In this document: positions 50,775 to 60,384 of the stretch, in pieces | How positions within the stretch are numbered: the first letter of the stretch is position 1 | Layout: each line of letters begins with the position of its first letter | NCBI GenBank assembly: GCA_963827275.1 | Contig: CAWHAA010000005.1 | Coordinates: 320,001 to 384,000, forward strand | From: an uncultured Spirochaetota bacterium | Lineage (GTDB): Bacteria > Spirochaetota > UBA4802 > UBA5550 | Reading direction: 5' to 3' | DNA length: 64,000 nt | Position numbers and translations under genes: made by a program | Notes under the pieces: generated by a model | Database searches by the model: none | What the model saw: only the letters and a program-made list of their open reading frames with translations | Told to the model about the DNA's origin: nothing

Positions 50775-50979
50775 AGTGCAAGATATTGGTATGTTTTCCT
50801 CAGACCACTATCGCAATATGTTATTATTAACAGAACAATTTAACAATAATGACTTGTTAAAATTAACATATATCAATAATTGACTATTAAAAAATTAATA
50901 TTGACAGTAACCCTTTTCACGATTTTCTTTGTAATTAATTATTTAATTAAGCACATAATGTTTTCAGGAGGACTTCTCA

Positions 50980-53900
50980 ATGAATTATTCACGCCGGGAT
51001 TTTTTGAAGATGGCGGGTGCAGGTGCCGGGGCATTAGCCCTGGGCGGACTTGGCGTAAATTATCTGGTCACAGAATCATACGCAAAAAAACTGAAAATTA
51101 AAAGGGCAAAAGAAGTCATCTCTATATGTCCTTTCTGCTCAGTGAGCTGCCACTTTATCGCTCATGTTAAAGGCGGGAAAGTCGTCAGCACCGAAGGCGA
51201 TCCGGGCTATCCCGTGAGCGAAGGCGCCCTGTGCGCGAAGGGTTCGACGATGCTCTCCATGATAAACAGCGAACACCGGTTACTGAAGCCCCTCTATCGC
51301 GCCCCCTACAGCGACAAGTGGGAAGAGAAAAGCTACGGCTGGATGGTCGAGAAGGTGGCCCGCCGCATAAAGGACACCCGCGACAAGCATTTTATAGAAA
51401 AGAACGCCGCCGGACAGATGGTCAACCGCCTTGAAGCGATGTTCCACGCAGGCTCTTCACAGATGAGCAACGAAGAAGCCTCTGTAGTCGTCCAGGCCCA
51501 GCGTGCCCTGGGAATCGTCAATATCGATCATCAGGCCCGTATTTGACACAGCCCCTCTGTCGCCAGTTTGGCGGAATCATTCGGACGGGGCGCAATGACG
51601 AATCACTGGATTGATATTAAAAACACCGACTGCTGTCTCATCATCGGCAGCAATGCAGCGGAACACCATCCCATCTGCTTTAAATGGGTCATGAAGGCGA
51701 AGGAAGAACGGAATGCCGTGATCATCCACGTTGACCCGAAATTCTCACGTACGTCCGCACGGTCCGACTTCCATGTCCCTCTCCGGTCGGGAACGGACAT
51801 AGCCTTCATGGGCGGGATGATCAACTACATTCTCCAGAACAACCTGTATTTCAAAGAATATGTGAATGACTACACCAATGCTTCTTTTATCGTGGGTCCG
51901 GGATACAACTTCAACAACGGCCTTTTCGCAGGCTATGATCCAAAAAATAAAATCTACAACAAGAAGGACTGGCAGTTCGAGCTGGATGACAAGGGCAACG
52001 TGAAGAAAGACCCGACCTTCCAGAACCCGCGTTGCGTCATGCAGATCCTGCGCAATCACTATTCGCGGTATAACATCGCCAAGGTCTCGGAAATTACCGG
52101 CGTGTCGGCGGAGAACCTCCGGAAAGTATACGAGGCCTACGCGGCAACGGGTAAACCTGACAAGGCGGGGACGATCCTTTACGCCCTGGGTTGGACCCAG
52201 CACACTGTCGGCGTGCAGAACATCCGCACCAGCGGCATCATCCAGCTCCTTCTCGGCAATGCGGGCATCGCTGGCGGTGGAGTCCAGGCGCTCAGGGGCG
52301 AGCCGAACGTGCAGGGGACCACGGACCATGCGATCCTCTATAATGTTCTCCCTGGATATCTGCCGCTTCCAAGGGCCGCCATGAAGACCCTTGCCGATTA
52401 CAACAAGTTGACCACCCCGGTCAGCAAGGAGCCTGAAAGCGTCAACTGGTGGCAGAACAGGCCCAAGTATATGACAAGCTTCCTCAAAGCCTATTTCGGC
52501 AAGAACGCCACCAAGGAGAACGATTTCGGCTACGGCTGGCTCCCGAAGGGCGATCCTGCGAAGAGCGAGCATGACGGCGATTACTCCTACATGTATCTTT
52601 TTGACAAGATGATGAAGGGTGAAATAAAGGGCGGGTCCATCTGGGCGACCAACTCAGCCAATACCCTGCCAAACACAAATAAAAACAGGAAGGCGCTGCA
52701 GAACCTTGACTTCCTCTACATGGCGGAGATCCACCAGAATGAAACGACTGACTTCTGGCACGGCCCCGGTGTTGATCCGAAAAAGGTCAAGACCGAGGTG
52801 TTCCTGTTCCCGTCATGCCACCGGGCCGAGAAAGAGGGAAGCATCAGCAACAGCGGACGCCTGATCCTGTGGCACCACCAGGCGACCGACCCCCGCGGAA
52901 AGTCCAGGTCGATGGGGCAGATCATGATCGACATTATGAATGAGGTCATCGACCTGTATGAAGACGAAGATGGCAAATTCCCCGAGCCCATCGTCAACCT
53001 GAACTGGTACAAGAAATACGATGCCGAAGAAATTGCGAAACGGGTAAACGGCTGGTTCACCAGCGGGCCGAAGAAAGGCAAACAGCTCACCGGATTTACC
53101 GATTTTGCCGATGACGGTTCGACGGCATCACTGAACTGGCTCTACGCCGGGAGCTTCACCAGCGAGGACGGCAACAAGATGAAGCGGAGAAGCTTGAAGC
53201 AGACGCCGCTCCAGAAGGCGATCGGAATATACCCGAATTTCGCCTGGTGCTGGCCAATGAACCGCTGGATCCTCTACAACAGGGCCTCGGTCGATAAAAA
53301 CGGCCAGCCGTGGGACCCCTCCCGGACAGTCATCCGTTGGGACGGCATGAAATGGGAGGGCGATGTTCCCGATGGCGGTGCGCCCCCCCTTGCGGTCCAT
53401 GGAGGCAAGAATCCCTTCATCATGCTCAAGGACGGCCTCGGACAGCTTTACGGAACGGGGCTTGTTGACGGCCCTCTGCCGGAACACTACGAACCGGTGG
53501 AAACACCTCTGCGGAACCATGGCCTGTCCGGGCAGCTCAGCAATCCCTGCGCCAAAATCGTCGAGAGCGATATGGACAAGATCGCTTCGCCGGGGGACCC
53601 GAACTACCCCATCGTGCTCACCACCTACAGCCTGACCGAGCACTGGTGCGGCGGCAGTGAAACAAGGAACGTCCCGTCCCTCCTCGAGGCGGAGCCGATG
53701 CTCTATGTCGAGATGAGCCATGAGCTGGCGGCCGAAAAGGGGATCAATAATGGAGACCCGGTCATAGTGGAAAATATCCGCGGCAGGGTCGAGGCGGTCG
53801 CCATGGTAACGGTCCGTATGACGCCGTTGCGGGTCCAGGGGAGGACAGTCCACCTGATAGGCATGCCCTTCGCCTTTGGATGGACCAAGAAAGGAATCGG

Positions 53901-54048
53901 CGACGCGACGAACCGCCTGACCATATGGGCGGGGGACCCCAACACCTCGATCCCCGAGTACAAGGCCTGCCTGGTGAATATCAGGAAGGCGGACAAAGTG
54001 ACCGAGCTTTCCAACGAAAAACCAACGGGAGGAGAACATCATGTCTAA
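50980..54048 (+). CDS. fdnG: Periplasmic Tat-exported formate dehydrogenase alpha subunit (FdnG-type), selenocysteine at TGA 51544
   Basis: SRRDFLK Tat motif, CPFCSVSC, IDHQARI-TGA-HSPSV in frame with GRGAMTNHW, ALRGEPNVQG. Confidence 0.94.
51544..51575 (+). promoter_or_regulatory. Sec UGA codon with SECIS hairpin
   Basis: TGA-14 nt-CGCCA-GTT-TGGCG. Confidence 0.8.
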
Positions 54049-54730
54049 GACATTCTTCATAGATACATCGCGATGCACCGCATGCAGGGGATGCCAGGTG
54101 GCCTGCAAGGAATGGCAGGAGTTCCCGGCGAACCACACGACGCAGCTCGGGTGGGGTTCACACCAGAACCCCCCCGACCTCAACTGCTTCAATTACAAGG
54201 TCGTAAAGTTCAGCGAGTTCAAGGTAAAGGACCGGGTGTTCTGGAATTTCTTCCCGGACCAGTGCCGTCATTGCACCGAGCCGCCCTGCAAGGTCGCGGC
54301 CGACGGCGAGGTAAAAGGCGCCGTGGTGATCGACAAGGAGACCGGGGCGGTCATATTCACCGAGCGCACGAAAAAGATATCGAAGGGCGGCTTTCTGCAG
54401 ATGAAGGAATACTGCCCCTATAATATTCCGCGCAGGAACGAAAAAACCGGCATAATCAACAAGTGCGACATGTGCCTTGACAGGGTGGAAGCCGGACATA
54501 TTCCCATGTGCGTGAAGACCTGCCCCACGGGCGCGATGAGCTTCGGCGAAAGGGAAGAAATCCTTGAGAAGGCGCACAAGAGGCTTTCTGTCGTAAAAAA
54601 GGAATTCCCCGAAGCCACGCTGCTGGACGAGGGCAGTGTGCGGGTGATCTATCTCATTACCCATAAACGCGAGTTGTATCATGACAATGCGATGCTGAAA
54701 CAACCTGAAAAGAACGCATCGCTCGCATAA
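54041..54730 (+). CDS. fdhB: Formate dehydrogenase Fe-S beta subunit (no TM anchor)
   Basis: CTACRGCQVACK, CRHCTEPPC, KCDMC, CVKTCPTGA. Confidence 0.92.
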   Translation: MSKTFFIDTSRCTACRGCQVACKEWQEFPANHTTQLGWGSHQNPPDLNCFNYKVVKFSEFKVKDRVFWNFFPDQCRHCTEPPCKVAADGEVKGAVVIDKETGAVIFTERTKKISKGGFLQMKEYCPYNIPRRNEKTGIINKCDMCLDRVEAGHIPMCVKTCPTGAMSFGEREEILEKAHKRLSVVKKEFPEATLLDEGSVRVIYLITHKRELYHDNAMLKQPEKNASLA

Positions 54731-54751
54731 ATCAGACGGGCACAGGATATC

Positions 54752-55633
54752 ATGAACGCAATCACCGAAATTACGTCAGACTACATCAGCAAGGCAGTGA
54801 CCCAGGTAAAAAAGATAAAACCCGATTACCTCTCATTGCTGGAGCTGTATGAGAAAATTTTCATCGCCCAGGAAGAAGCCAGGAAACTGGTCCGTCTGCA
54901 AGACTACCGGATACCGGACGATGTGTTAGCTTTAAAATTTTCGGAAAAATTCCCGATGGTCGAGATCTCTCAATTCGCCATAGATGGCGAATCGGCCGGC
55001 AGGCTCTTCCGTACGGTCTGTGACATTCTTTTGGCGGCAGGGAAACATATTTCCGAAAATATAATCAAGATCAGGAGCGCCGTTGAGAATGGATCTCTAA
55101 GCACGGAGCGGCTCTTTTCCGCTATGATCATGTATGATGAATCATTCCTGAAAACAATAGAAGAGGAATTCGCTATTGACAGAGAGGTTCTGCGCTTTGT
55201 GGCTTATAACAGCATGAAGCCATCGCTTGTCATGTTTTCGGAGATGGTCTCTTCTTATCTCGACAGGGAAAATGAGTGGGAAAAGGGATATTGCCCGGTT
55301 TGCGGGTCAATGCCGGAATTATCGGTGTTTGATGTTAATGGGAAGCGGTCATTCGTCTGCAGCTTCTGCGCCCACGAATGGCCGTCAAGAAGAGTATATT
55401 GCTCATTTTGCGAAAATACAGATCATGACACCCTCCGCTATTATGAGATTGAAGATGAAGAGGAGTACAGGGTTGATGTTTGCGACAGGTGCAAGAGATA
55501 CATCAAGACAGTAGACATTAATAAAACTTCCCGTCCGCTGTATCTCCCACTCGAGAAAATATCAACGCCATACATCGATTTAAAATTCAAGGAGATGGGA
55601 TATATTCCCGGGAATATACCGGTTGCGCGATAA
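54752..55633 (+). CDS. fdhE: FDH maturation protein FdhE
   Basis: CPVCGS, CSFC, CSFCEN, CDRCKRYIK. Confidence 0.9.
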   Translation: MNAITEITSDYISKAVTQVKKIKPDYLSLLELYEKIFIAQEEARKLVRLQDYRIPDDVLALKFSEKFPMVEISQFAIDGESAGRLFRTVCDILLAAGKHISENIIKIRSAVENGSLSTERLFSAMIMYDESFLKTIEEEFAIDREVLRFVAYNSMKPSLVMFSEMVSSYLDRENEWEKGYCPVCGSMPELSVFDVNGKRSFVCSFCAHEWPSRRVYCSFCENTDHDTLRYYEIEDEEEYRVDVCDRCKRYIKTVDINKTSRPLYLPLEKISTPYIDLKFKEMGYIPGNIPVAR

Positions 55634-55704
55634 AGATACCACCATGCGTACCAGCAGCATCTTTATCGTTTCATAAAAAACAATAAAACACAAGGAGAAC
55701 TTTC

Positions 55705-56259
55705 GTGAAACGCTCATTATCACTTTTTTTTATCCCTTTTGTAATCTTTGCATCTATTTTTTTTGTATTCTCAAAAAAATCATGTAATGATATAATGCAG
55801 GCGGATGCGGCAAAAAAAATCCCTTTCATGCACAAAACGCATGTTGAGAAATATGAGATCAGGGACTGCCAGACCTGCCATAAATATGATGCAAATGGAA
55901 GGTTCCAGGGCATACCGACCATCGGTGAATGTACCGCATGTCACGACAGAAACGGCGACCTTACCAACAACGACCACATGACGCCGAGAAAAAAATCAAT
56001 GTTTGATTCATATGCCGATACGGACAAACCATGGACATCATGGGCAAAACAACCGGACCTCGTCTATTTCAGCCATAAAGTCGTCATGACCGCAAAATTT
56101 GAAGATGGAAGGATGAAATCGCGGTGCGAGGCGTGCCATGGCGACAAAGCCAGTTCTACGGGTACCGCGATGATCAAGGGGAAAATGCTGATGGGACAGT
56201 GCATGGATTGCCATGATGCGCTTCGAATCAGCAACAAATGCACCGTCTGTCACGATTGA
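55705..56259 (+). CDS. Membrane-anchored pentaheme cytochrome c (ActA/QrcA-like spacing)
   Basis: Five CxxCH motifs (CQTCH, CTACH, CEACH, CMDCH, CTVCH), PDLVYFSH, N-terminal hydrophobic helix. Confidence 0.88.
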   Translation: MKRSLSLFFIPFVIFASIFFVFSKKSCNDIMQADAAKKIPFMHKTHVEKYEIRDCQTCHKYDANGRFQGIPTIGECTACHDRNGDLTNNDHMTPRKKSMFDSYADTDKPWTSWAKQPDLVYFSHKVVMTAKFEDGRMKSRCEACHGDKASSTGTAMIKGKMLMGQCMDCHDALRISNKCTVCHD

Positions 56260-56277
56260 TAATCCGGAAAACCACTA

Positions 56278-56316
56278 CCTGATGCGATGATGAAAACCGT
56301 TATATCACGCATCAGG
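56278..56316. terminator. Hairpin between convergent genes
   Basis: CCTGATGCG ... CGCATCAGG. Confidence 0.5.
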
Positions 56317-56366
56317 TAGTGATCAATATTTCTTTGAGTGCAAACTCTGGTTGCTCCGGTCCACGC

Positions 56367-57386
56367 TCATCTCCCTCCGCCCCTCGTGACGCTAAAAAGC
56401 TCGATCTTCTGTTTCTTGCCGCGCAGTGCGATCGATCCCAGGCCCTCAAAAGCATGCCCGCCCTGCGGCAGCGCGTTTTTCAGATCGCCCGATATGATGC
56501 AGCTTCGCGACTTCGCCCTGCACTCGGACTGTATCCGGGAGGTGGTGTTGACCACGTCTCCGAGGAACGCGACCTCGCGCTTGTAGTCCCCCATCTCGCC
56601 GACCACCACGCTTCCGCAGTGTATGCCGGCTGAAAACCGCGGCCACACGCCGTACTTTTCCTCATATCTCCCGCGCAGGACGTCAATCCTGTCAGCTATC
56701 TGGAAAAAGCATTCGAGGCAGTTCCCGTCCCGGATCCCGTCCTTCATCTTCCAGGTCACGATAATTTCATCACCCACGTATTTGTATATCTCGCCCTTGC
56801 ATTCAACGATGGCGCGCGTCGCATCGAAGAAAAAATCATTCAGGAACGAATGGAACCTGACATCGCCGATCTCCTCCGCGATTGCGGTCGATGACGATAG
56901 ATCGAGGAACATGAAGATCCGTGTTTCCCTCACCGGCTTGTGGTACAGGCCGATCAGCAGCCGGATCAGCGCCCTCTGGCCCAGCAGCCTGCTTATGTTT
57001 ATCAGCAGCATGATCCCGAGGATAAAGAAGATGGCGGTGCCGAAGCCCGGGAGGAGAAACATCCTGACATCGGAGACGAGGTCTTTCGTCCCGAAAACGA
57101 TGACATGGGAAATGGCGTACGATAGAACGATCACGATGGTGAAAATGATCGAACGGGAGAGGACAATCATGATGATCGACAGCTTCCAGATGCGATCAAA
57201 TATAAAGTATTCCACGTAAAACACGGTGAACCCGATCAAAAGCCCGCAGATCATGCCCTGGATGACGGTATATACGGTCGGATCGGGGGAAATCAGGAAT
57301 GAAGTGGCCGCCCCGATGACAATGCCGACCAGCGAGGGGCCGGCCAGCATCCCCAGCCGCATGCCGTGATAGCGTGAAACCCTCAT
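56367..57386 (-). CDS. Membrane-bound class III adenylate/guanylate cyclase
   Basis: Four TM helices; FLDLSSST, KYVGDE, GDVVNTTSRI, LRGK. Confidence 0.9.
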   Translation of the reverse strand: MRVSRYHGMRLGMLAGPSLVGIVIGAATSFLISPDPTVYTVIQGMICGLLIGFTVFYVEYFIFDRIWKLSIIMIVLSRSIIFTIVIVLSYAISHVIVFGTKDLVSDVRMFLLPGFGTAIFFILGIMLLINISRLLGQRALIRLLIGLYHKPVRETRIFMFLDLSSSTAIAEEIGDVRFHSFLNDFFFDATRAIVECKGEIYKYVGDEIIVTWKMKDGIRDGNCLECFFQIADRIDVLRGRYEEKYGVWPRFSAGIHCGSVVVGEMGDYKREVAFLGDVVNTTSRIQSECRAKSRSCIISGDLKNALPQGGHAFEGLGSIALRGKKQKIELFSVTRGGGR

Positions 57387-57555
57387 CCAGAACCCCTCCC
57401 GCGCGCAGCGTAATCCGGCCGTCAACCCGGTTATCAGCGTCTATTAATACCGTCCCCGAAACCCCTCTGTCAATACTTATACTACAAAAATATTCGTTGA
57501 TAAAAAATGATCGTTCCCCGAATGTACCATCCAGATCATTACAGGCGCCATTGCG

Positions 57556-58233
57556 ATGAATCCCGATAACCGGAACACCCCGTACCACAAGGAATCCGCG
57601 CCCTGCGGAACACAGAACAGCTATGAAACGGCGTATAATGACGCGGCCATGAAACTCGCGTCATTATCACCGGCGGAAACCGCCATCAAGAGCGGCGCGA
57701 CAGTTGCCGCACTCGGCGCAGGCCATGCCATCTCGCTCTTTTTTTTCAGGGACAATGTCACGATAACCCATCCGGATATATCCGTAACATTTCATGACCG
57801 GAACGATGACGTGCCCATGTGGGCGAAGATACTCATCCTCCATTATCTCGTGCGGGCGGGAGGCGCCCCGCACAGCGGCGCGCAGATCACCTTCAAACAG
57901 CTCGAGGGCGGCATGGGATATTATACCGCGTTCCAGCGGAGGAGCATCACCCCCCTTCTCGGCCTGTTTGGCGACGCTATGGACCAATTCCTCACCGCCG
58001 GCGCCGCGGCCGGCGGCGTCCCGGCGCCCGTCGGAGATTGCGCGCTGACCTTCCGCGCCTTCCCGAAGGTGGACGTGACCTTCGCGCTCTGGAGGGGCGA
58101 TGACGAGTTCCCGCCGTCGGGAAGCGTCATCTTCGATTCGTCGGTCCAGGACTACCTGTCAACCGAGGACGTGGCCGTGCTCTGCAACATGATCGCGGTG
58201 AGCATCATGAAGGCGCACCGGTCCGGGTCTTAG
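57556..58233 (+). CDS. DUF3786 protein
   Basis: ILILHYL, FPKVDV...WRGDDEFPP, FDSS..YLSTEDV. Confidence 0.82.
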   Translation: MNPDNRNTPYHKESAPCGTQNSYETAYNDAAMKLASLSPAETAIKSGATVAALGAGHAISLFFFRDNVTITHPDISVTFHDRNDDVPMWAKILILHYLVRAGGAPHSGAQITFKQLEGGMGYYTAFQRRSITPLLGLFGDAMDQFLTAGAAAGGVPAPVGDCALTFRAFPKVDVTFALWRGDDEFPPSGSVIFDSSVQDYLSTEDVAVLCNMIAVSIMKAHRSGS

Positions 58234-59015
58234 CTGCCGGGCATCATGTCCTTTATTTTCACTTCCGGGTGATGGTAGCGCTCGTACGCGGGGGTTTTCT
58301 TCCCGTACTGTATCGCGGTTTGCGGGCACCACTGGATGCACGCCAGGCACTGTTCGCAGCGATGGTGCCAGGCCGGCCTGCCGGCTTCAATCGTGATGTT
58401 ACCGGCCGGGCATACCTTCGCGCAGATGCCGCACCCGTTGCACCGGTCATCGACCCAGAAATCCCTGTCAAGCTTCGGGACCATGTTGAAGGTCATCCTG
58501 TACAGCGCGGTAAACACTATCCTCTGCCACAGCGGCCCTTTTTCAATGTGCCCGTGTTCCCTCTTTTTTACAAGGTCCGCAGCGCGGGCGATTTTTTCCC
58601 TCGCGGCGCGGTACTGCTCCTCCATGCGATCGGCCGGGCCGGGCCCGCCCCAGGGAATGTAATTGCTCGGCAGCACAATATCGAACCCCGCCGCGAGCTC
58701 AATGCCGCAGGCCCGCATGACCGCTCCCAGCTGGACAAGCGTCCTGGAAACCTGCCCCGCGTTGACCGCAACGGCAAAGTAATATGTGTCGGGATGTTTT
58801 TCAAGTTTATGCAGAAAGTTCAGCACCGGGGCGGGTACGCCCCACATGTGCACCGGGAAGACCAGGCCTGCCGCGCCCGCGCCTGCGGCGGATACGGGGC
58901 CCTTTCCCGCGCGCGCCATGTCGTACAGGAGCGCGTCACCAATCCCGTCCGCCATCAGCCGCGCCGTCCATAGCGAATTACCCGTGCCGGTATAATAATA
59001 GATCGTGGTTCTCAT
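58230..59015 (-). CDS. EFR1-like flavodoxin/ferredoxin fusion
   Basis: YYTGTGNS, FPVH, CNGCGICAKVCP, CEQCLACIQWCP, RYHHP. Confidence 0.88.
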   Translation of the reverse strand: MRTTIYYYTGTGNSLWTARLMADGIGDALLYDMARAGKGPVSAAGAGAAGLVFPVHMWGVPAPVLNFLHKLEKHPDTYYFAVAVNAGQVSRTLVQLGAVMRACGIELAAGFDIVLPSNYIPWGGPGPADRMEEQYRAAREKIARAADLVKKREHGHIEKGPLWQRIVFTALYRMTFNMVPKLDRDFWVDDRCNGCGICAKVCPAGNITIEAGRPAWHHRCEQCLACIQWCPQTAIQYGKKTPAYERYHHPEVKIKDMMPGS

Positions 59016-59170
59016 AATTCCTCCCGTATGCAGCACACGCTCTCATGAGAGCACCGGTGAAAATAATTGTCCACCAGAATTTGCCTCATGGCAATTTCGT
59101 TCTGGACATATTATACCGGCCCCGGTATCTGTTCCGGTATGGATGCAGCTCCACAGGGCCGGCTGTCTTA

Positions 59171-59196
59171 CGCCCCCTCTGGGGGGTTCGGGGGGC
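59171..59196. repeat. Family-B hairpin repeat (single variant copy)
   Basis: CGCCCCCTCTGGGGGGTTCGGGGGGC, close to 31430-31453. Confidence 0.65.
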
Positions 59197-59253
59197 CTCC
59201 GAATTTCCGACAATGGAACCGGATGCTCCGCGCATGAATCAGGAGGGACCACC

Positions 59254-60006
59254 ATGAAGCTTGCGGTAACCGGAAAAGGCGGCGTGGGAAAAACCACGGT
59301 CGCGTCACTTATCATCCAGCACCTGGCGGCCGGGGGAAAGCGCGTCATCGCGATCGACGCCGATCCCGACGCGAACCTCGCCTCCGCCCTCGGGTTCGCC
59401 GGCGCGGATTCCATCACACCCATTGCCGAGATGGAGCACCTCGTGGAAGAGCGGACCGGCGCAAAACCTGGTCAGTCCGGCTCATTTTTTTCGATAAATC
59501 CGAAGGTCGACGACCTGCCCGAGAAGCTCTGGCTGGAAAAGGGAAACATCCGGCTCATGGTGATGGGGACCGTGAAGAAGGGGGGCGGCGGGTGCGTGTG
59601 TCCCGAAAGCGCGCTCCTCAAGAACCTGGTATCGCACGTGGTCTTTTACCGTGATGATATCGTGGTCATGGACATGGAGGCGGGGATCGAGCACCTGGGC
59701 CGCGGCACCGCCACCGCCGTGGACATGGTGATCGTGGTGGTGGAGCCGGGACGGCGCAGCATCGAGACCGCGGACAAGATCAGGAGGCTCGCGGCCGACC
59801 TGGGGATCGTCCGGATCGGGATCGTGGGGAACAAGGTCCGCGGCGCCGGCGACGAGGAATTTATCCGCGAAAACCTCGCGGGCCTGAAGGTCCTGGGGTT
59901 CATCCCCTATGACGGCAGGCTGATAGAGGCGGACCTGGAAGGACGCGGTTCGCCCGCGGAATTCTCCGGGATCATCGGCGGGATAATCAGAAACATAGCG
60001 CCGTAG
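59254..60006 (+). CDS. cooC: Second CooC nickel-insertion ATPase
   Basis: GKGGVGKT, DADPDANL, GGGCVCPE, DMEAGIEHLGRGT; AGGAGG RBS. Confidence 0.93.
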   Translation: MKLAVTGKGGVGKTTVASLIIQHLAAGGKRVIAIDADPDANLASALGFAGADSITPIAEMEHLVEERTGAKPGQSGSFFSINPKVDDLPEKLWLEKGNIRLMVMGTVKKGGGGCVCPESALLKNLVSHVVFYRDDIVVMDMEAGIEHLGRGTATAVDMVIVVVEPGRRSIETADKIRRLAADLGIVRIGIVGNKVRGAGDEEFIRENLAGLKVLGFIPYDGRLIEADLEGRGSPAEFSGIIGGIIRNIAP

Positions 60007-60015
60007 GCTCCGCGT

Positions 60016-60381
60016 TTACTCGCAGTACACCGCTTTCGCGTTCTCGGATTCCCATACGGTCACTGAAACGATCGCGACGCCGGCGGGAAGCTGCCCCTTC
60101 ATGCGTTCGTAGATATGGCGGGCAAGAAGCTCCGAGCTCGGGTTTTTGTCCGTGAAGCCCTCGACCTCGTTCAGCATGACGTGGTCGAGGGGATCAACGA
60201 CGCTTTTAAGGATCTTTTTCAAGACGGAAAAATCCACGAGGATGCCGATCTCGTCCAGTGTTTCGCCCCCGACCTCAACCTCCACCTTCCAGTTATGACC
60301 GTGCACCGCTTCGCATTTTCCCCGGTATCCCTTGAGCTGGTGGGCGGAGGAAAAATAATCATGCACGGTCAGGCGGTACAC
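60016..60381 (-). CDS. queD: 6-carboxytetrahydropterin synthase (PTPS family)
   Basis: FSSAH, CEAVHGHNW, DF..LK, LDH, NPSSE, VWES. Confidence 0.92.
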   Translation of the reverse strand: MYRLTVHDYFSSAHQLKGYRGKCEAVHGHNWKVEVEVGGETLDEIGILVDFSVLKKILKSVVDPLDHVMLNEVEGFTDKNPSSELLARHIYERMKGQLPAGVAIVSVTVWESENAKAVYCE

Positions 60382-60384
60382 GGG

